Both the position numbers and the translations under genes were made by a program. Shown here piece by piece: positions 1 to 9,527 of a stretch of DNA of 64,000 bases. Source of the DNA: an uncultured Patescibacteria group bacterium. GTDB taxonomy: Bacteria; Patescibacteriota; Microgenomatia; UBA1400; PJMF01. Positions within the stretch are counted from its first letter, which is position 1, and every line of letters begins with the position of its first letter. The DNA is taken from assembly GCA_905478415.1 (NCBI GenBank), contig CAJQIG010000001.1, forward strand, positions 245,892 to 309,891. Direction: 5' to 3'. The notes below the pieces were generated by a model. The model had not been told where the DNA came from. It worked only from the letters and a program-made list of their open reading frames with translations, and ran no database searches.

Positions 1-556
1 TGATCACACCTATACTCCCCATTGAAGTACCAGCATCTGCAAAGATAGCGTCAGTACTAACTGCACTCCAATAGCCACCCGATGCTGCCATACCACTTAC
101 AAAACTGTAGACAGGCTTGCCTGTTGTTTCCCTGTAGGTTGCTACTCCATCCGCAATCGCTTTTGAGCCGAAAATAGTGCCTCCTGGCGAGTTTATATCG
201 AGTACAACTGCTTGAATTGAAGGATCTTGGGCAATTTCTTCTAAAGTTTCTTGTACTTCGTACCCATAGGTCACTCCAATGTCAGAAAAAACTTCTAGAA
301 ATTTTGTCTCTTCAGTCTTCTCACCTAAAATTAAACCGTGTACTTTGAGTACCATTATTTTTGCTTCTGCAGTTTCATCTCCGGCAAGGTGCTCAAAGGC
401 TCCAGCAGATGACAAAGAATCAGATCCAGAACTAGCACTGAGCACTAAAAGCACTATCAAAGCTACAAATAAGCCAAAAAGTCCTCCCATAACTGCAATG
501 TTTCCTAAAATAAATGTTTTAAAGGCAAGTTTTAAAAATGTGAGAACTTTTTTCAT
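1..556 (-). CDS. sppA: Signal peptide peptidase SppA (S49), 3' end runs off window
   Basis: Manual minus-strand translation from ATG 556: N-terminal TM, then AVVLDINSPGG and GMAASGGYW...GSIGVI, typical S49 motifs. Absent from the ORF track because it is truncated. Confidence 0.85.
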   Translation of the reverse strand, partial: MKKVLTFLKLAFKTFILGNIAVMGGLFGLFVALIVLLVLSASSGSDSLSSAGAFEHLAGDETAEAKIMVLKVHGLILGEKTEETKFLEVFSDIGVTYGYEVQETLEEIAQDPSIQAVVLDINSPGGTIFGSKAIADGVATYRETTGKPVYSFVSGMAASGGYWSAVSTDAIFADAGTSMGSIGVI

Positions 557-573
557 AGGGTTAGTATAGCAGA

Positions 574-598
574 ATGGCGCCCGCAAAGCGGGCGCCAT
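574..598. terminator. GC-rich hairpin after surface-protein gene
   Basis: Perfect inverted repeat ATGGCGCCCGC-AAA-GCGGGCGCCAT 30 nt past the stop at 628; weak U-tract. Confidence 0.6.
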
Positions 599-627
599 CT
601 CAGATAATTCAATTAAAATATTTGAGC

Positions 628-3600
628 TTATGCTTCCTCAATAAAACCATATGCAATCAGTTTGGTGACTACACTCAGTAGAGCGGAAAGCCCAATAAAC
701 CATTTGCTGATAACCGCTAACCATGAGCCATCAACGTAACAACTTACATCTTTAAAGATGTAGAAGAGTCCAACAACGACAATGGTAATTCCAGCCACAA
801 CAATCAGTTTCAGTATGCCAGGTTCTCGGCGTAGTAGTTCAAAACCAACAATACTGAGTAGTTGTAAGACAAGTAAAATCAGAGGTAAGTAGTAAGCCCA
901 AGTGCTACATGTCGAAGCACCAAGGACTTCACCGTCTTCATCTTGAGGTTGCCCAGACTCTTCCGGTGATTGCTCGTCAGTAGTTTCATCAGTGGCATCA
1001 AGAGCGACTGTTCGTGCTCCGAGGACTCCACCCGTACCAAGGCCACCAGCTAGGTCTTCTGTGGCAGTGCCCAGGACCGCTCCATCATCTGGGGCTGGTC
1101 CGACTCTGAAGTCGACACTTGTTTGCGTGTAGTTACCAGCTGCATCAACTGCCTGGACCTTAAATGTCCAAAGACCGTCTTTCAGCTGATCAAGCTTCTG
1201 CTCAAAGGTATCTCGACTGACTGTGGTGCCATGCTCGGTACCATCTTCGTGTTTCCATGAAAGTCGGTAGTATGAGACGTCACCATCATCAGTTGGAGCT
1301 TCCCAGAGTCCATCAGCTTCTGTTGAAGTAATATTTTCAACTCTGACACTGAGTGGGTTGCCTTCTGGTTTGTCTGGATCATACTTAACTTCTTTGACTC
1401 CAACGTCTGAGACATTCCCAACAGTGTCGATTGAACGATAGTAAAGAATGTTTTGACCTTGAGATGGAGCAGTGAGCGCAGTTGAGTATGTTACCCAAGT
1501 GCCAGTAGTGCTATTCCATTGGTACTCAATGTGGTCAAGGCTGTAGTTATCACTCGCAGTGAGAGTCACCTTTGGTTCCACTGCTCGATACCAACCATTG
1601 TCACCATCAGCGACGGCTGGATCAATTGTTAAGACTACTTGTGGAATCGTTTTGTCATATACAATTTTAATAGTGTAGGTACTTTCCACGTTTCCAGATT
1701 TATCGACAGCATGAGAAGTTACGTTATAGATACCTTCTGGAACATCAGTCAGCTGATAGCTCCATGTGTCTGTACCAGTAGCTCTAAACGTAGATTCTGT
1801 AGCCACCCAAGCTGATGCCGTTGCATCCCAGTACTCGGTATCAACTTCATCGGCTCCGAAAGCTAGATGAGAGATCGAAAGGAGAACGTGATCAACTCCA
1901 GAGTTGTCATCTGTGGCTGTGCCTTCGATCAAACCACTAAAGGAAGCAGTTTCTACTTCACCACCATCGGCAAGATCATAGGTGGTGATAATGCTTTCTG
2001 GTTTGACGTTATCAACAGAAACGGTCAGCTCACTCTGAGCATAGTTTCCAGCTGCATCTTTACAAGCAGCTCTTAGCTTCCATTCTCCCGTCCAGTCGTA
2101 TGCAGACTGAATACTATCTTCGTTAGCAGTATCGAGATCCCAACTAAAGGTATTTCCTATTACGGTACCTCCATTGAGACTTGTTCTAGCAACTCGGTTG
2201 TACTGTTTTGGAGCACCATCTCGAGCATCGATAATTGTTTGACCTTCAGAAGCTTTCCACCACCAGAAGTTAACATAGGTAGACTCAGTGGTTCCGCCGT
2301 CACAGATTGCGGTCAGCGGCACAACCCCTTCTACTAAATCAGTATCCGCTGGGTTATCCCAAGTCACTACAGGAGCAGTAGTATCAAACACAACTGCATA
2401 GACGTAGGCACTATTTTCAACATTTCCTGCCACATCGGTACCAGCTGCCTTAATGTCATAGGTGCCCTCTGCACTTGGTGTCCAATGATAACTAAAGGTA
2501 TATGGTTCATCTCCAGCTGTATTAGTCAGAGTAGTAATTAATTGCCAGTTATCTGCTCCGGCAACACTGTAGTAAAGATTAACCTCAGCTACTTTGCTGT
2601 CATCGCTGGAAGAACCTTCAATTAAGATCTCAGAATTTGTTTGAGTATTATCTGTTGGAGATGTTAAGTTTGTCACCGGTACTGTCTTGTCATAGGTAAC
2701 TTCACAGAAGTTACTCCAATCAGAAAGAGGCTCACCTGTATCATACTTATTATTACTGTTTAGATCTGAGTAAGCTCTCACTCTTGTTTTATAAAGACCT
2801 TCGTTTCCACCAAATGTTCCCCATCCAGAGTAGAAATTATCATAATCATCTGAAAGTGTTGCTAATATTGACTCATTATTGGCATCACCGGAACTTGCTA
2901 ATGTTACTCTACTAGATTGACCAAGTAAAATATCATTAAGTCCACCAGGGCGTTGGTTATGTCGAATGTATTTAACATTCTCTGCAGATCCTGATACGTC
3001 AGTCCAAATTCCCGAGCTTTTCTTCGAACCATTAACGGCTACACCACAAGATAAGTATGGGGGTACTTCTGTGAGGGAACTAGTCCCCTGCTGATTAAAT
3101 CCCAAGTATTCAGGTGTACTTGGATTTGCATGAGTGAACCCAACTCCCAAATATGCTCCAGTATCATCATTTAATGTTGTTTCCCAACATGCTGAGAACT
3201 CATCTGTTGCAGATGAGGCATTGGTAACAATAACTGCATCTGAGTACTGTGAAGGAATAGCACCTCCATTAGTTTTAACTGGATGTTGTCCTAAAGCTGG
3301 CAGTGATTCAACATAACCAGTTCTCTGTACACCGCATACTCTGTAGGTGTTACCTTCATCGAGCAAGCCACTAAAGTAGTATTGACCAACTTTTGAAGTT
3401 GTTCGAGTTGTCTGTTCATCGAGGACATTCCAGCTAGAGTCATAGAGACGAACAGTAAAGTCATCTTCCATACCATCTGGATAATCTCCATCAGCGGTGA
3501 GCAACAAACCATTATTTGCTTTATCAATAAAGGTTCTACCTTGAATATATCCTAGGCAATCTCCTCCATAGGTTGGATTGTTAAGATCGCTGGTGGTTAG

Positions 3601-6600
3601 CCAAGGGCAGAATGCTGCATTTCCAGAAACTGTTTGTCCTGATCCTGGTCCATCTCCTGATGGGCCAGAAACATCTCCCCACCAATTTCGAACTGCTGTG
3701 ACTTCTTCCGTGACTGCTGAACCAACCCAAAGCCCATCTCCTCCAGCTAACTCAATACTGTTGCCAGAAACTGTTACACTTCTCGGTGGAGTACTTTCTG
3801 CACCAGAATATGTGTATACATCGACAGCATCACCTTCTATATTTGAAAATGAGTTACCCATGACATCAATACCAGTGGCTTCATTCGCAATTGCAAGCCC
3901 CCAGCTGTTGTTGTTCACAGTGTTATCTAAAATGGAAATATATGAAACAACACCGCTCCAAGCAGGTCCATAGATTGCTTCAGGAAAATCAACTACGCCA
4001 ATGGCTTGTTCATTTTCTTGAACCGTGTTGCCCCTTACTTCAACAGAACTTGTATCCACAATCAGGATTCCTGTTCCAGACCATGCTGATCCAGGCCAAC
4101 CATTTCCAGTAACCGTGTTACCTTCGACAATTCCAGTTGCACCATATCCAACTTGGATACCATTTGGAGCCCAAATAACTGAATGATCATTGGCTGGTCC
4201 AAAAACATTATTATTTCGAACTGATGCTGTTGGATCTGGAGCAGCTCCATTATCACCACTGATCGCGATACCACCGCGAGCATATTCAGTGACTGAGTTA
4301 TCAGTAATCTGTAAATCAGAAGCGCCGTATACCAGTATTCCGAATGTTTCATTTGAACCAACATGCATATTGTGAATGGTGTTTCCTGAGAGAGTACCCA
4401 AAGTATTGCGGGCTAAAACTGCAGTGGGTCGAACTCCACTTGCAGTTGATCTATCGTTTCCATCAACATCAAATCCATCAAAAGTTACCGAAATCTGATC
4501 CCCTCCAGTGACGGTGTCTCCACCCAATGTACCTCCATACATAAATACAATTGGCTCAAATGTCTTTGAAGATTCCGCAACTTTGTATCCCCTTGGAGAA
4601 TCAACACTCAAAATTTTTGGAGTTCCTGTTCCCAATAGTTCAAGGTTCTTTGCAATTACAACTTGTTCTTGATACGTACCAGCGTCAACATCAACGATAC
4701 CATCAGCACTGACTCCGTCGACAGCTCTCTGGATTTCCATCGTATCATAGACGTAGAAGTGATCACCTGCGATTGTTTCGATCGTAGAAGAAGTGTTTGG
4801 AATCCCAGCTGTTTGCAATGAAAGCGCAAAGGTCTTAGCTTCTGGCAATGTTTTTTGATAAAACACAAATTCGTCTCCACCCGGACGATGATCTGGATTT
4901 CGAACGATGTAATCAAATGCTTGAGCATCAATTCCAGTAATAGTCATTGCAAACTCATTTTGAGCATACAGAGGATTAGCTTCATTTTGAGTGAATGTAG
5001 CTCCAAGTAAAGTAATATCACTAGTTGGTCTGTTTGGTGAAGTATATTTGGAGTTATACAGAGCAATTCCACCCCAAGCATTATTTTGAGTTGTAATACC
5101 TTCAACAGTTAAATTTGATGAACCAGTGAGACTCATACCATTTCCTGAAGTTGTATTTGTCGCAGTTAAGTTTGTGAGAGTACCACCATCAACTCCGTGA
5201 ATATCAAATGGTGTTTTCTTGGCAGCATCAATTGTAATGTTTTCTAATGCTAAGTTTAAAACTAAACCTGGTGTACTGGAAACATGAATAGGATATGCAT
5301 TGCTAGGAGGTAATAATGTAAAGTTTTTCAAAGTTACATTATCAGCAGATGGGTGAATTCCATAAGAAGTTGTAAATGCTGATGCGTTTAAAACAACACC
5401 TGCTTCAGACTCACCATTTATTGTCACTGCTTTATTCACATTCAGTGTTGAAGGCAACACATACGTGCCATTCTTAACATCTACCATACCAGTTGCAGCA
5501 ACTGCAGCGAGTCCTGCTTCGACCGTTGCAAACGCATCATATCCCCAAACATGCCCATCATTAGGACCATTGAGAACATAGTCATCGTCAACCCAAACGT
5601 GGGTTGGAGCCGATGCCATATTAGTGAGCATAATTTCGTCAGCAATCACGTAGTCAGTGCCAGAAGTATTATCAACACCAGTCAGGACCATATTTGAAGA
5701 ACCATCAATACTGTACTCACCATAGTAGTACCAGTTTGACCATTGAGCTGAAGCTCCAGTGGTGGCTTGATCAGCAAGTTGTTCTTGGTTAATCACTCTA
5801 GCTTCAGTACTACTAGCGTGTGTTAAAACATACGGAGCTGCTGTAGTTCTATTTGAATGAGTAGACCAACTTATAAAAACTTTGTAGGTTCCTGGGGTAA
5901 CGGTTGTAAAATCCCAAGTAGCAGTCTCACCAGCCACAACATTAGTTGGATAGTGAACACCGGTGTTTAAGTAACCTTGAGTTGCATAGTCGATCCAAGG
6001 TGCAGAGTAAACTGCATCATCATCGGTAATAATAAAGAAAGTGAAGTGATTCAAATTTTCAGCAGTAGCTTTGCCGTCAGTTATAGATGAAGCTACTTCT
6101 CTGCCTTGTTCTAGACTTTCGATATCTTCAGCAAACACAACTTTAGCTTGTTTGTCTGTATCAGGTACCGGCAACGTCAAATCATACTCAAAACTACCAT
6201 TCTCCATAGAAGACGTAATATCATACGCAACATTGCTTAAGGCTCCAAGTGCTTCGACTTGCTCATCAGAAAGAATCACTTCTTGGATACTCAAAGTTCC
6301 AGGGTTTTCTGGAAGTGAGGTGAAGGTAACGGTAACTTGATCATTTTGTGGGGCCGTGTAGGTTACGTCTTCTGTGACAGAAGCCACCGTGAAGACACCG
6401 TTATGGTTTAGCCAGAGAGTTCCATTGGTAACGGCAAACTCAGCTGAGTAATCTGTCTGGGTAAATGTCAGAGTTCCGCGAGATACTTCATCGGGAACAC
6501 ATTCTTCTTTTGAACAAGTGCCAGCGTAGATGAGCTCTTCGAACTCACCGGTTGCGGTAGAACCAACCACAGCCTTTTCGACTGCATCATCATCAGAACC

Positions 6601-6834
6601 TTGGTACGTTAGGGTATAGTCAGCATCGTAGTTAGTCTGACCAGTCAGAGTAAATTCATGAGCATCTGCATCAAAGCCGAGAGCGATGTCAGAAACAATA
6701 ACTTCATGAGCGTCGGTAGCAGCGAACGCAGGGGTAGCAAAGAGAAAGGCGGGGGCGATGTTTTGAAACAGTACTAAGAGTATTGTCAAGATCGAGTGAA
6801 TTTTTCTCGATTTTTTTCTGAGCATTCTGAACAT
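628..6834 (-). CDS. Giant secreted/surface protein: golvesin/CBM-like module, parallel beta-helix repeats, Ig-like and FnIII repeats, C-terminal membrane anchor
   Basis: Signal-peptide-like N-terminus (likely start MFRMLRKK at 6834), beta-helix repeats (NNAWGGIAL, NGIQVGYGA), Ig-like D-x-AGN motifs, repeated VLG motif and about 3 C-terminal TM helices. Confidence 0.8.
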   Translation of the reverse strand: MFRMLRKKSRKIHSILTILLVLFQNIAPAFLFATPAFAATDAHEVIVSDIALGFDADAHEFTLTGQTNYDADYTLTYQGSDDDAVEKAVVGSTATGEFEELIYAGTCSKEECVPDEVSRGTLTFTQTDYSAEFAVTNGTLWLNHNGVFTVASVTEDVTYTAPQNDQVTVTFTSLPENPGTLSIQEVILSDEQVEALGALSNVAYDITSSMENGSFEYDLTLPVPDTDKQAKVVFAEDIESLEQGREVASSITDGKATAENLNHFTFFIITDDDAVYSAPWIDYATQGYLNTGVHYPTNVVAGETATWDFTTVTPGTYKVFISWSTHSNRTTAAPYVLTHASSTEARVINQEQLADQATTGASAQWSNWYYYGEYSIDGSSNMVLTGVDNTSGTDYVIADEIMLTNMASAPTHVWVDDDYVLNGPNDGHVWGYDAFATVEAGLAAVAATGMVDVKNGTYVLPSTLNVNKAVTINGESEAGVVLNASAFTTSYGIHPSADNVTLKNFTLLPPSNAYPIHVSSTPGLVLNLALENITIDAAKKTPFDIHGVDGGTLTNLTATNTTSGNGMSLTGSSNLTVEGITTQNNAWGGIALYNSKYTSPNRPTSDITLLGATFTQNEANPLYAQNEFAMTITGIDAQAFDYIVRNPDHRPGGDEFVFYQKTLPEAKTFALSLQTAGIPNTSSTIETIAGDHFYVYDTMEIQRAVDGVSADGIVDVDAGTYQEQVVIAKNLELLGTGTPKILSVDSPRGYKVAESSKTFEPIVFMYGGTLGGDTVTGGDQISVTFDGFDVDGNDRSTASGVRPTAVLARNTLGTLSGNTIHNMHVGSNETFGILVYGASDLQITDNSVTEYARGGIAISGDNGAAPDPTASVRNNNVFGPANDHSVIWAPNGIQVGYGATGIVEGNTVTGNGWPGSAWSGTGILIVDTSSVEVRGNTVQENEQAIGVVDFPEAIYGPAWSGVVSYISILDNTVNNNSWGLAIANEATGIDVMGNSFSNIEGDAVDVYTYSGAESTPPRSVTVSGNSIELAGGDGLWVGSAVTEEVTAVRNWWGDVSGPSGDGPGSGQTVSGNAAFCPWLTTSDLNNPTYGGDCLGYIQGRTFIDKANNGLLLTADGDYPDGMEDDFTVRLYDSSWNVLDEQTTRTTSKVGQYYFSGLLDEGNTYRVCGVQRTGYVESLPALGQHPVKTNGGAIPSQYSDAVIVTNASSATDEFSACWETTLNDDTGAYLGVGFTHANPSTPEYLGFNQQGTSSLTEVPPYLSCGVAVNGSKKSSGIWTDVSGSAENVKYIRHNQRPGGLNDILLGQSSRVTLASSGDANNESILATLSDDYDNFYSGWGTFGGNEGLYKTRVRAYSDLNSNNKYDTGEPLSDWSNFCEVTYDKTVPVTNLTSPTDNTQTNSEILIEGSSSDDSKVAEVNLYYSVAGADNWQLITTLTNTAGDEPYTFSYHWTPSAEGTYDIKAAGTDVAGNVENSAYVYAVVFDTTAPVVTWDNPADTDLVEGVVPLTAICDGGTTESTYVNFWWWKASEGQTIIDARDGAPKQYNRVARTSLNGGTVIGNTFSWDLDTANEDSIQSAYDWTGEWKLRAACKDAAGNYAQSELTVSVDNVKPESIITTYDLADGGEVETASFSGLIEGTATDDNSGVDHVLLSISHLAFGADEVDTEYWDATASAWVATESTFRATGTDTWSYQLTDVPEGIYNVTSHAVDKSGNVESTYTIKIVYDKTIPQVVLTIDPAVADGDNGWYRAVEPKVTLTASDNYSLDHIEYQWNSTTGTWVTYSTALTAPSQGQNILYYRSIDTVGNVSDVGVKEVKYDPDKPEGNPLSVRVENITSTEADGLWEAPTDDGDVSYYRLSWKHEDGTEHGTTVSRDTFEQKLDQLKDGLWTFKVQAVDAAGNYTQTSVDFRVGPAPDDGAVLGTATEDLAGGLGTGGVLGARTVALDATDETTDEQSPEESGQPQDEDGEVLGASTCSTWAYYLPLILLVLQLLSIVGFELLRREPGILKLIVVAGITIVVVGLFYIFKDVSCYVDGSWLAVISKWFIGLSALLSVVTKLIAYGFIEEA

Positions 6835-7011
6835 GCTGTCATTTCTAAGAACTCCTGCTACGGGTTCGTGTAATATGTTTAAAAAGTACGATAAGGCACA
6901 GTTTTCTCTGCCTTTGTTTTTGATCTTACTATATCGGAATAGTACGCGCAAGCTGCAAACACCTCGAGAATATGTATTAAATGTGTAAAAGGATATCTAA
7001 AGCCATCAAAA

Positions 7012-8205
7012 CTAGAAAAAACGCGCCTTCACTTTCTGCCAAACAGAGTCAGCTGGCAAATATCGCTGTACGATAACGTAGGCAATAAGAATGATTAAAG
7101 CACTAGAGATATATGGAGCATCCTTAGAAATAAGCGTAAATAACTCTCCTCCTAAAACTGGACCCAGGATTCTTCCAAGACTTGCTGATGACTGTAAAAA
7201 ACCGAGGGTGCCACCATACTCAGCTTTATCAACATTTTCTGAAGCAATTGATTGAATCGTAGGGTTAGCTAAACTATTTCCCAATACCAAGAATCCAGTG
7301 GCAATCAGTAACAACCCCACATGAGTAGAAAGTGGGATTCCCAACAAACCAATAGCTAACAGGGGTAAACTCATCTTGAAAACCGCCTTTTCACCAAATG
7401 CTTTGACTACTCTAGGCAAAACCTGCAGTTGAATAACCACTGACATGATACCAATGTAGGCAAATTGATAGCCTGTCTCAGTTGGTCCCCAACCAAACGT
7501 AGCTTGTGTCCAAAGCGCAAAAGTGCCCTGCATAGCCGAGAAAGCTAAATTGATAAGGAAAAAGACACCAATTAAAAGCCCAAGCACTGGAGTTCCCAGC
7601 GCTTCTTTGAGTTTATCTAAAGAGAAACTGGTTTGCTTTTTAGTGGCTGCTTTTTTAGTATCCACGGTCTCTTTTAAGAATAACCAAGTCGAGACTGCAG
7701 CTAGACTAGCAACAGCTGCTGCAAAGTAGGCTGGAACTGCAAACCCCCACTGTGACAAAAATCCACCAATAGCTGGACCAAAAATAAAACCAAGACCAAA
7801 GGCAGCTCCTAACATCCCCATACCCTTGGCGCGATCTTTCGGTTTCGTAACATCGGCAATATAAGCTTGAGCAATAGAAATATTTCCCCCAGTGATTCCA
7901 TCAATTATTCGAGAAAGAAAGAGCAGTGGCAAAGTATTGGCTACACCGAGTAAGAGAAAACCAGCAACAGTACCCAACTGTGAGATAAACAGTAGCTTCT
8001 TGCGACCAAATCTATCAGATAACCTACCCATAATTGGTGCGGAAATAAATTGAAAGAATGAGTATGCAGAAGCCAACATTCCAATTTGCAATGGCGTGGC
8101 ACTAAATCGTTCTGCAATGTACGGGAGCAACGGTAAAATTAATCCAAACCCAAGGAGGTCGATGAAGACTATTAGAAAGATCGTGAGTAAGCCTTTATTT
8201 TTCAT
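7012..8205 (-). CDS. MFS transporter, TetA/DHA1-like
   Basis: GRLSDRFGRK motif A, GFIFGPAIGG motif C, about 12 TM. Confidence 0.9.
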   Translation of the reverse strand: MKNKGLLTIFLIVFIDLLGFGLILPLLPYIAERFSATPLQIGMLASAYSFFQFISAPIMGRLSDRFGRKKLLFISQLGTVAGFLLLGVANTLPLLFLSRIIDGITGGNISIAQAYIADVTKPKDRAKGMGMLGAAFGLGFIFGPAIGGFLSQWGFAVPAYFAAAVASLAAVSTWLFLKETVDTKKAATKKQTSFSLDKLKEALGTPVLGLLIGVFFLINLAFSAMQGTFALWTQATFGWGPTETGYQFAYIGIMSVVIQLQVLPRVVKAFGEKAVFKMSLPLLAIGLLGIPLSTHVGLLLIATGFLVLGNSLANPTIQSIASENVDKAEYGGTLGFLQSSASLGRILGPVLGGELFTLISKDAPYISSALIILIAYVIVQRYLPADSVWQKVKARFF

Positions 8206-8323
8206 AAGAAGTTGTCAGTATACTCTCCGATTCTTTATTTTTCTAGCGTTTAAATATTCTCTCGTTGCTATCTCTGTTGATTACGGTACTATGTAAATCA
8301 CACCTATACACAGGAATTTTTTA

Positions 8324-8716
8324 ATGCATTACAATTCACTAACTCCAGAAGAAAAACAGGTCATTGTTGCTGCTGAAACCGAGTATCCCTACTCTGGCGA
8401 GTACGAAGATTTTTTTGAAGCTGGTACCTTTATCTGTAAACGCTGTAATAATCCATTGTACTCTTCCCAAGCAAAGTTCAATGCACATTGTGGCTGGCCA
8501 TCTTTTGAGAGTTGTTTTCCCGATGCCATTCTTGAAGAGCTCTCTGACGATGGCCGAACGGAGATAACCTGCGCCAACTGTACTGCCCACTTGGGTCATA
8601 TCTTTAGAGATGAAGGCTTCACCAAGGCTAACGTCCGCCACTGCACGAACTCTCTTTCCATTCGTTTTATTCCAACAGGTGAAGACCTCCCACCAACTAT
8701 TAATGAGAACCAGTAA
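8324..8716 (+). CDS. msrB: Methionine-R-sulfoxide reductase, Zn-binding type
   Basis: CKRC/CANC zinc ligands, CGWPSF, HLGHIF, RHCTNS. Confidence 0.9.
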   Translation: MHYNSLTPEEKQVIVAAETEYPYSGEYEDFFEAGTFICKRCNNPLYSSQAKFNAHCGWPSFESCFPDAILEELSDDGRTEITCANCTAHLGHIFRDEGFTKANVRHCTNSLSIRFIPTGEDLPPTINENQ

Positions 8717-8793
8717 ACAATCCCGAAGGCACCCCCAACAACCCATTGTGACTCAATTCGACAACCTCTCCCTTTTTGCTTTATCATGGAAAT

Positions 8794-9345
8794 ATGTCCA
8801 AAAACATCCTGTTTAATACATACTTTCTTGTTACTGTACTATTTATAGTACTTTTGATGAGTTTTTTTACTTACAGATCAGCTACAACTAATCTAACTGA
8901 CACAGTACCGACTAAAACTAATGATCTCTTAAAATCAAAACTCACCAAAATGCAGTACTACGTCACCCAAGAAAATGGGACTGAACCCGCTTTTCAAAAT
9001 AAGTACTTTGACAGTAAAAAACCAGGTATTTATGTTGATGTTGTTTCTGGCCAGCCACTCTTTTCTTCCACAGATAAATATGACTCAAGTACCGGCTGGC
9101 CGAGCTTTACCAAACCAATTGATCAAAGTGCGGTGACCCAACACAAAGATACTCTACTGGGTGTTGAACGAATTGAGATTAGATCGACGAAGGCTGACTC
9201 ACACCTTGGTCACCTCTTTGACGATGGGCCCGCCCCCAGCAATAACAGGTACTGCATTAACTCAGCGGCACTGCGCTTCGTTCCTAAAAATGAATTAGAG
9301 GCTGAAGGCTATAGTGAGTACCTCCAGCTCTTTGTAAACTCCTAG
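8794..9345 (+). CDS. msrB: Membrane-anchored methionine-R-sulfoxide reductase (non-Zn)
   Basis: N-terminal TM, GTEPAF, TGWPSF, HLGHLF, RYCINS. Confidence 0.9.
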   Translation: MSKNILFNTYFLVTVLFIVLLMSFFTYRSATTNLTDTVPTKTNDLLKSKLTKMQYYVTQENGTEPAFQNKYFDSKKPGIYVDVVSGQPLFSSTDKYDSSTGWPSFTKPIDQSAVTQHKDTLLGVERIEIRSTKADSHLGHLFDDGPAPSNNRYCINSAALRFVPKNELEAEGYSEYLQLFVNS

Positions 9346-9455
9346 CTGTTAACTACAAAAAACTGTACTCGAAACAACTTACTAATTTCCTGCTGATAAA
9401 ATAATAACCACTTGGTATAATGTGTCTTCTCGCAAACTCTTAACAGCGAGTACTT

Positions 9456-9527
9456 GGCCCCATCGTCTAGTGGTTAGGACATCAGGTTCTCATCCTGGTA
9501 ACCGCAGTTCGATTCTGCGTGGGGTCA
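9456..9527 (+). tRNA. tRNA-Glu(CTC), CCA not encoded; ICE insertion site
   Basis: Acceptor GGCCCCA/TGGGGTC, D-arm TAGTGGTTAGGAC, anticodon loop TT-CTC-AT, T-loop GTTCGATTC; TGGTATAAT -10 element upstream near 9413-9421. Confidence 0.95.

Noticed and set aside
279-569. 96-aa plus-strand ORF and the many other short antisense ORFs in the track
   Set aside because: They are shadows of well-supported genes on the opposite strand (here sppA).
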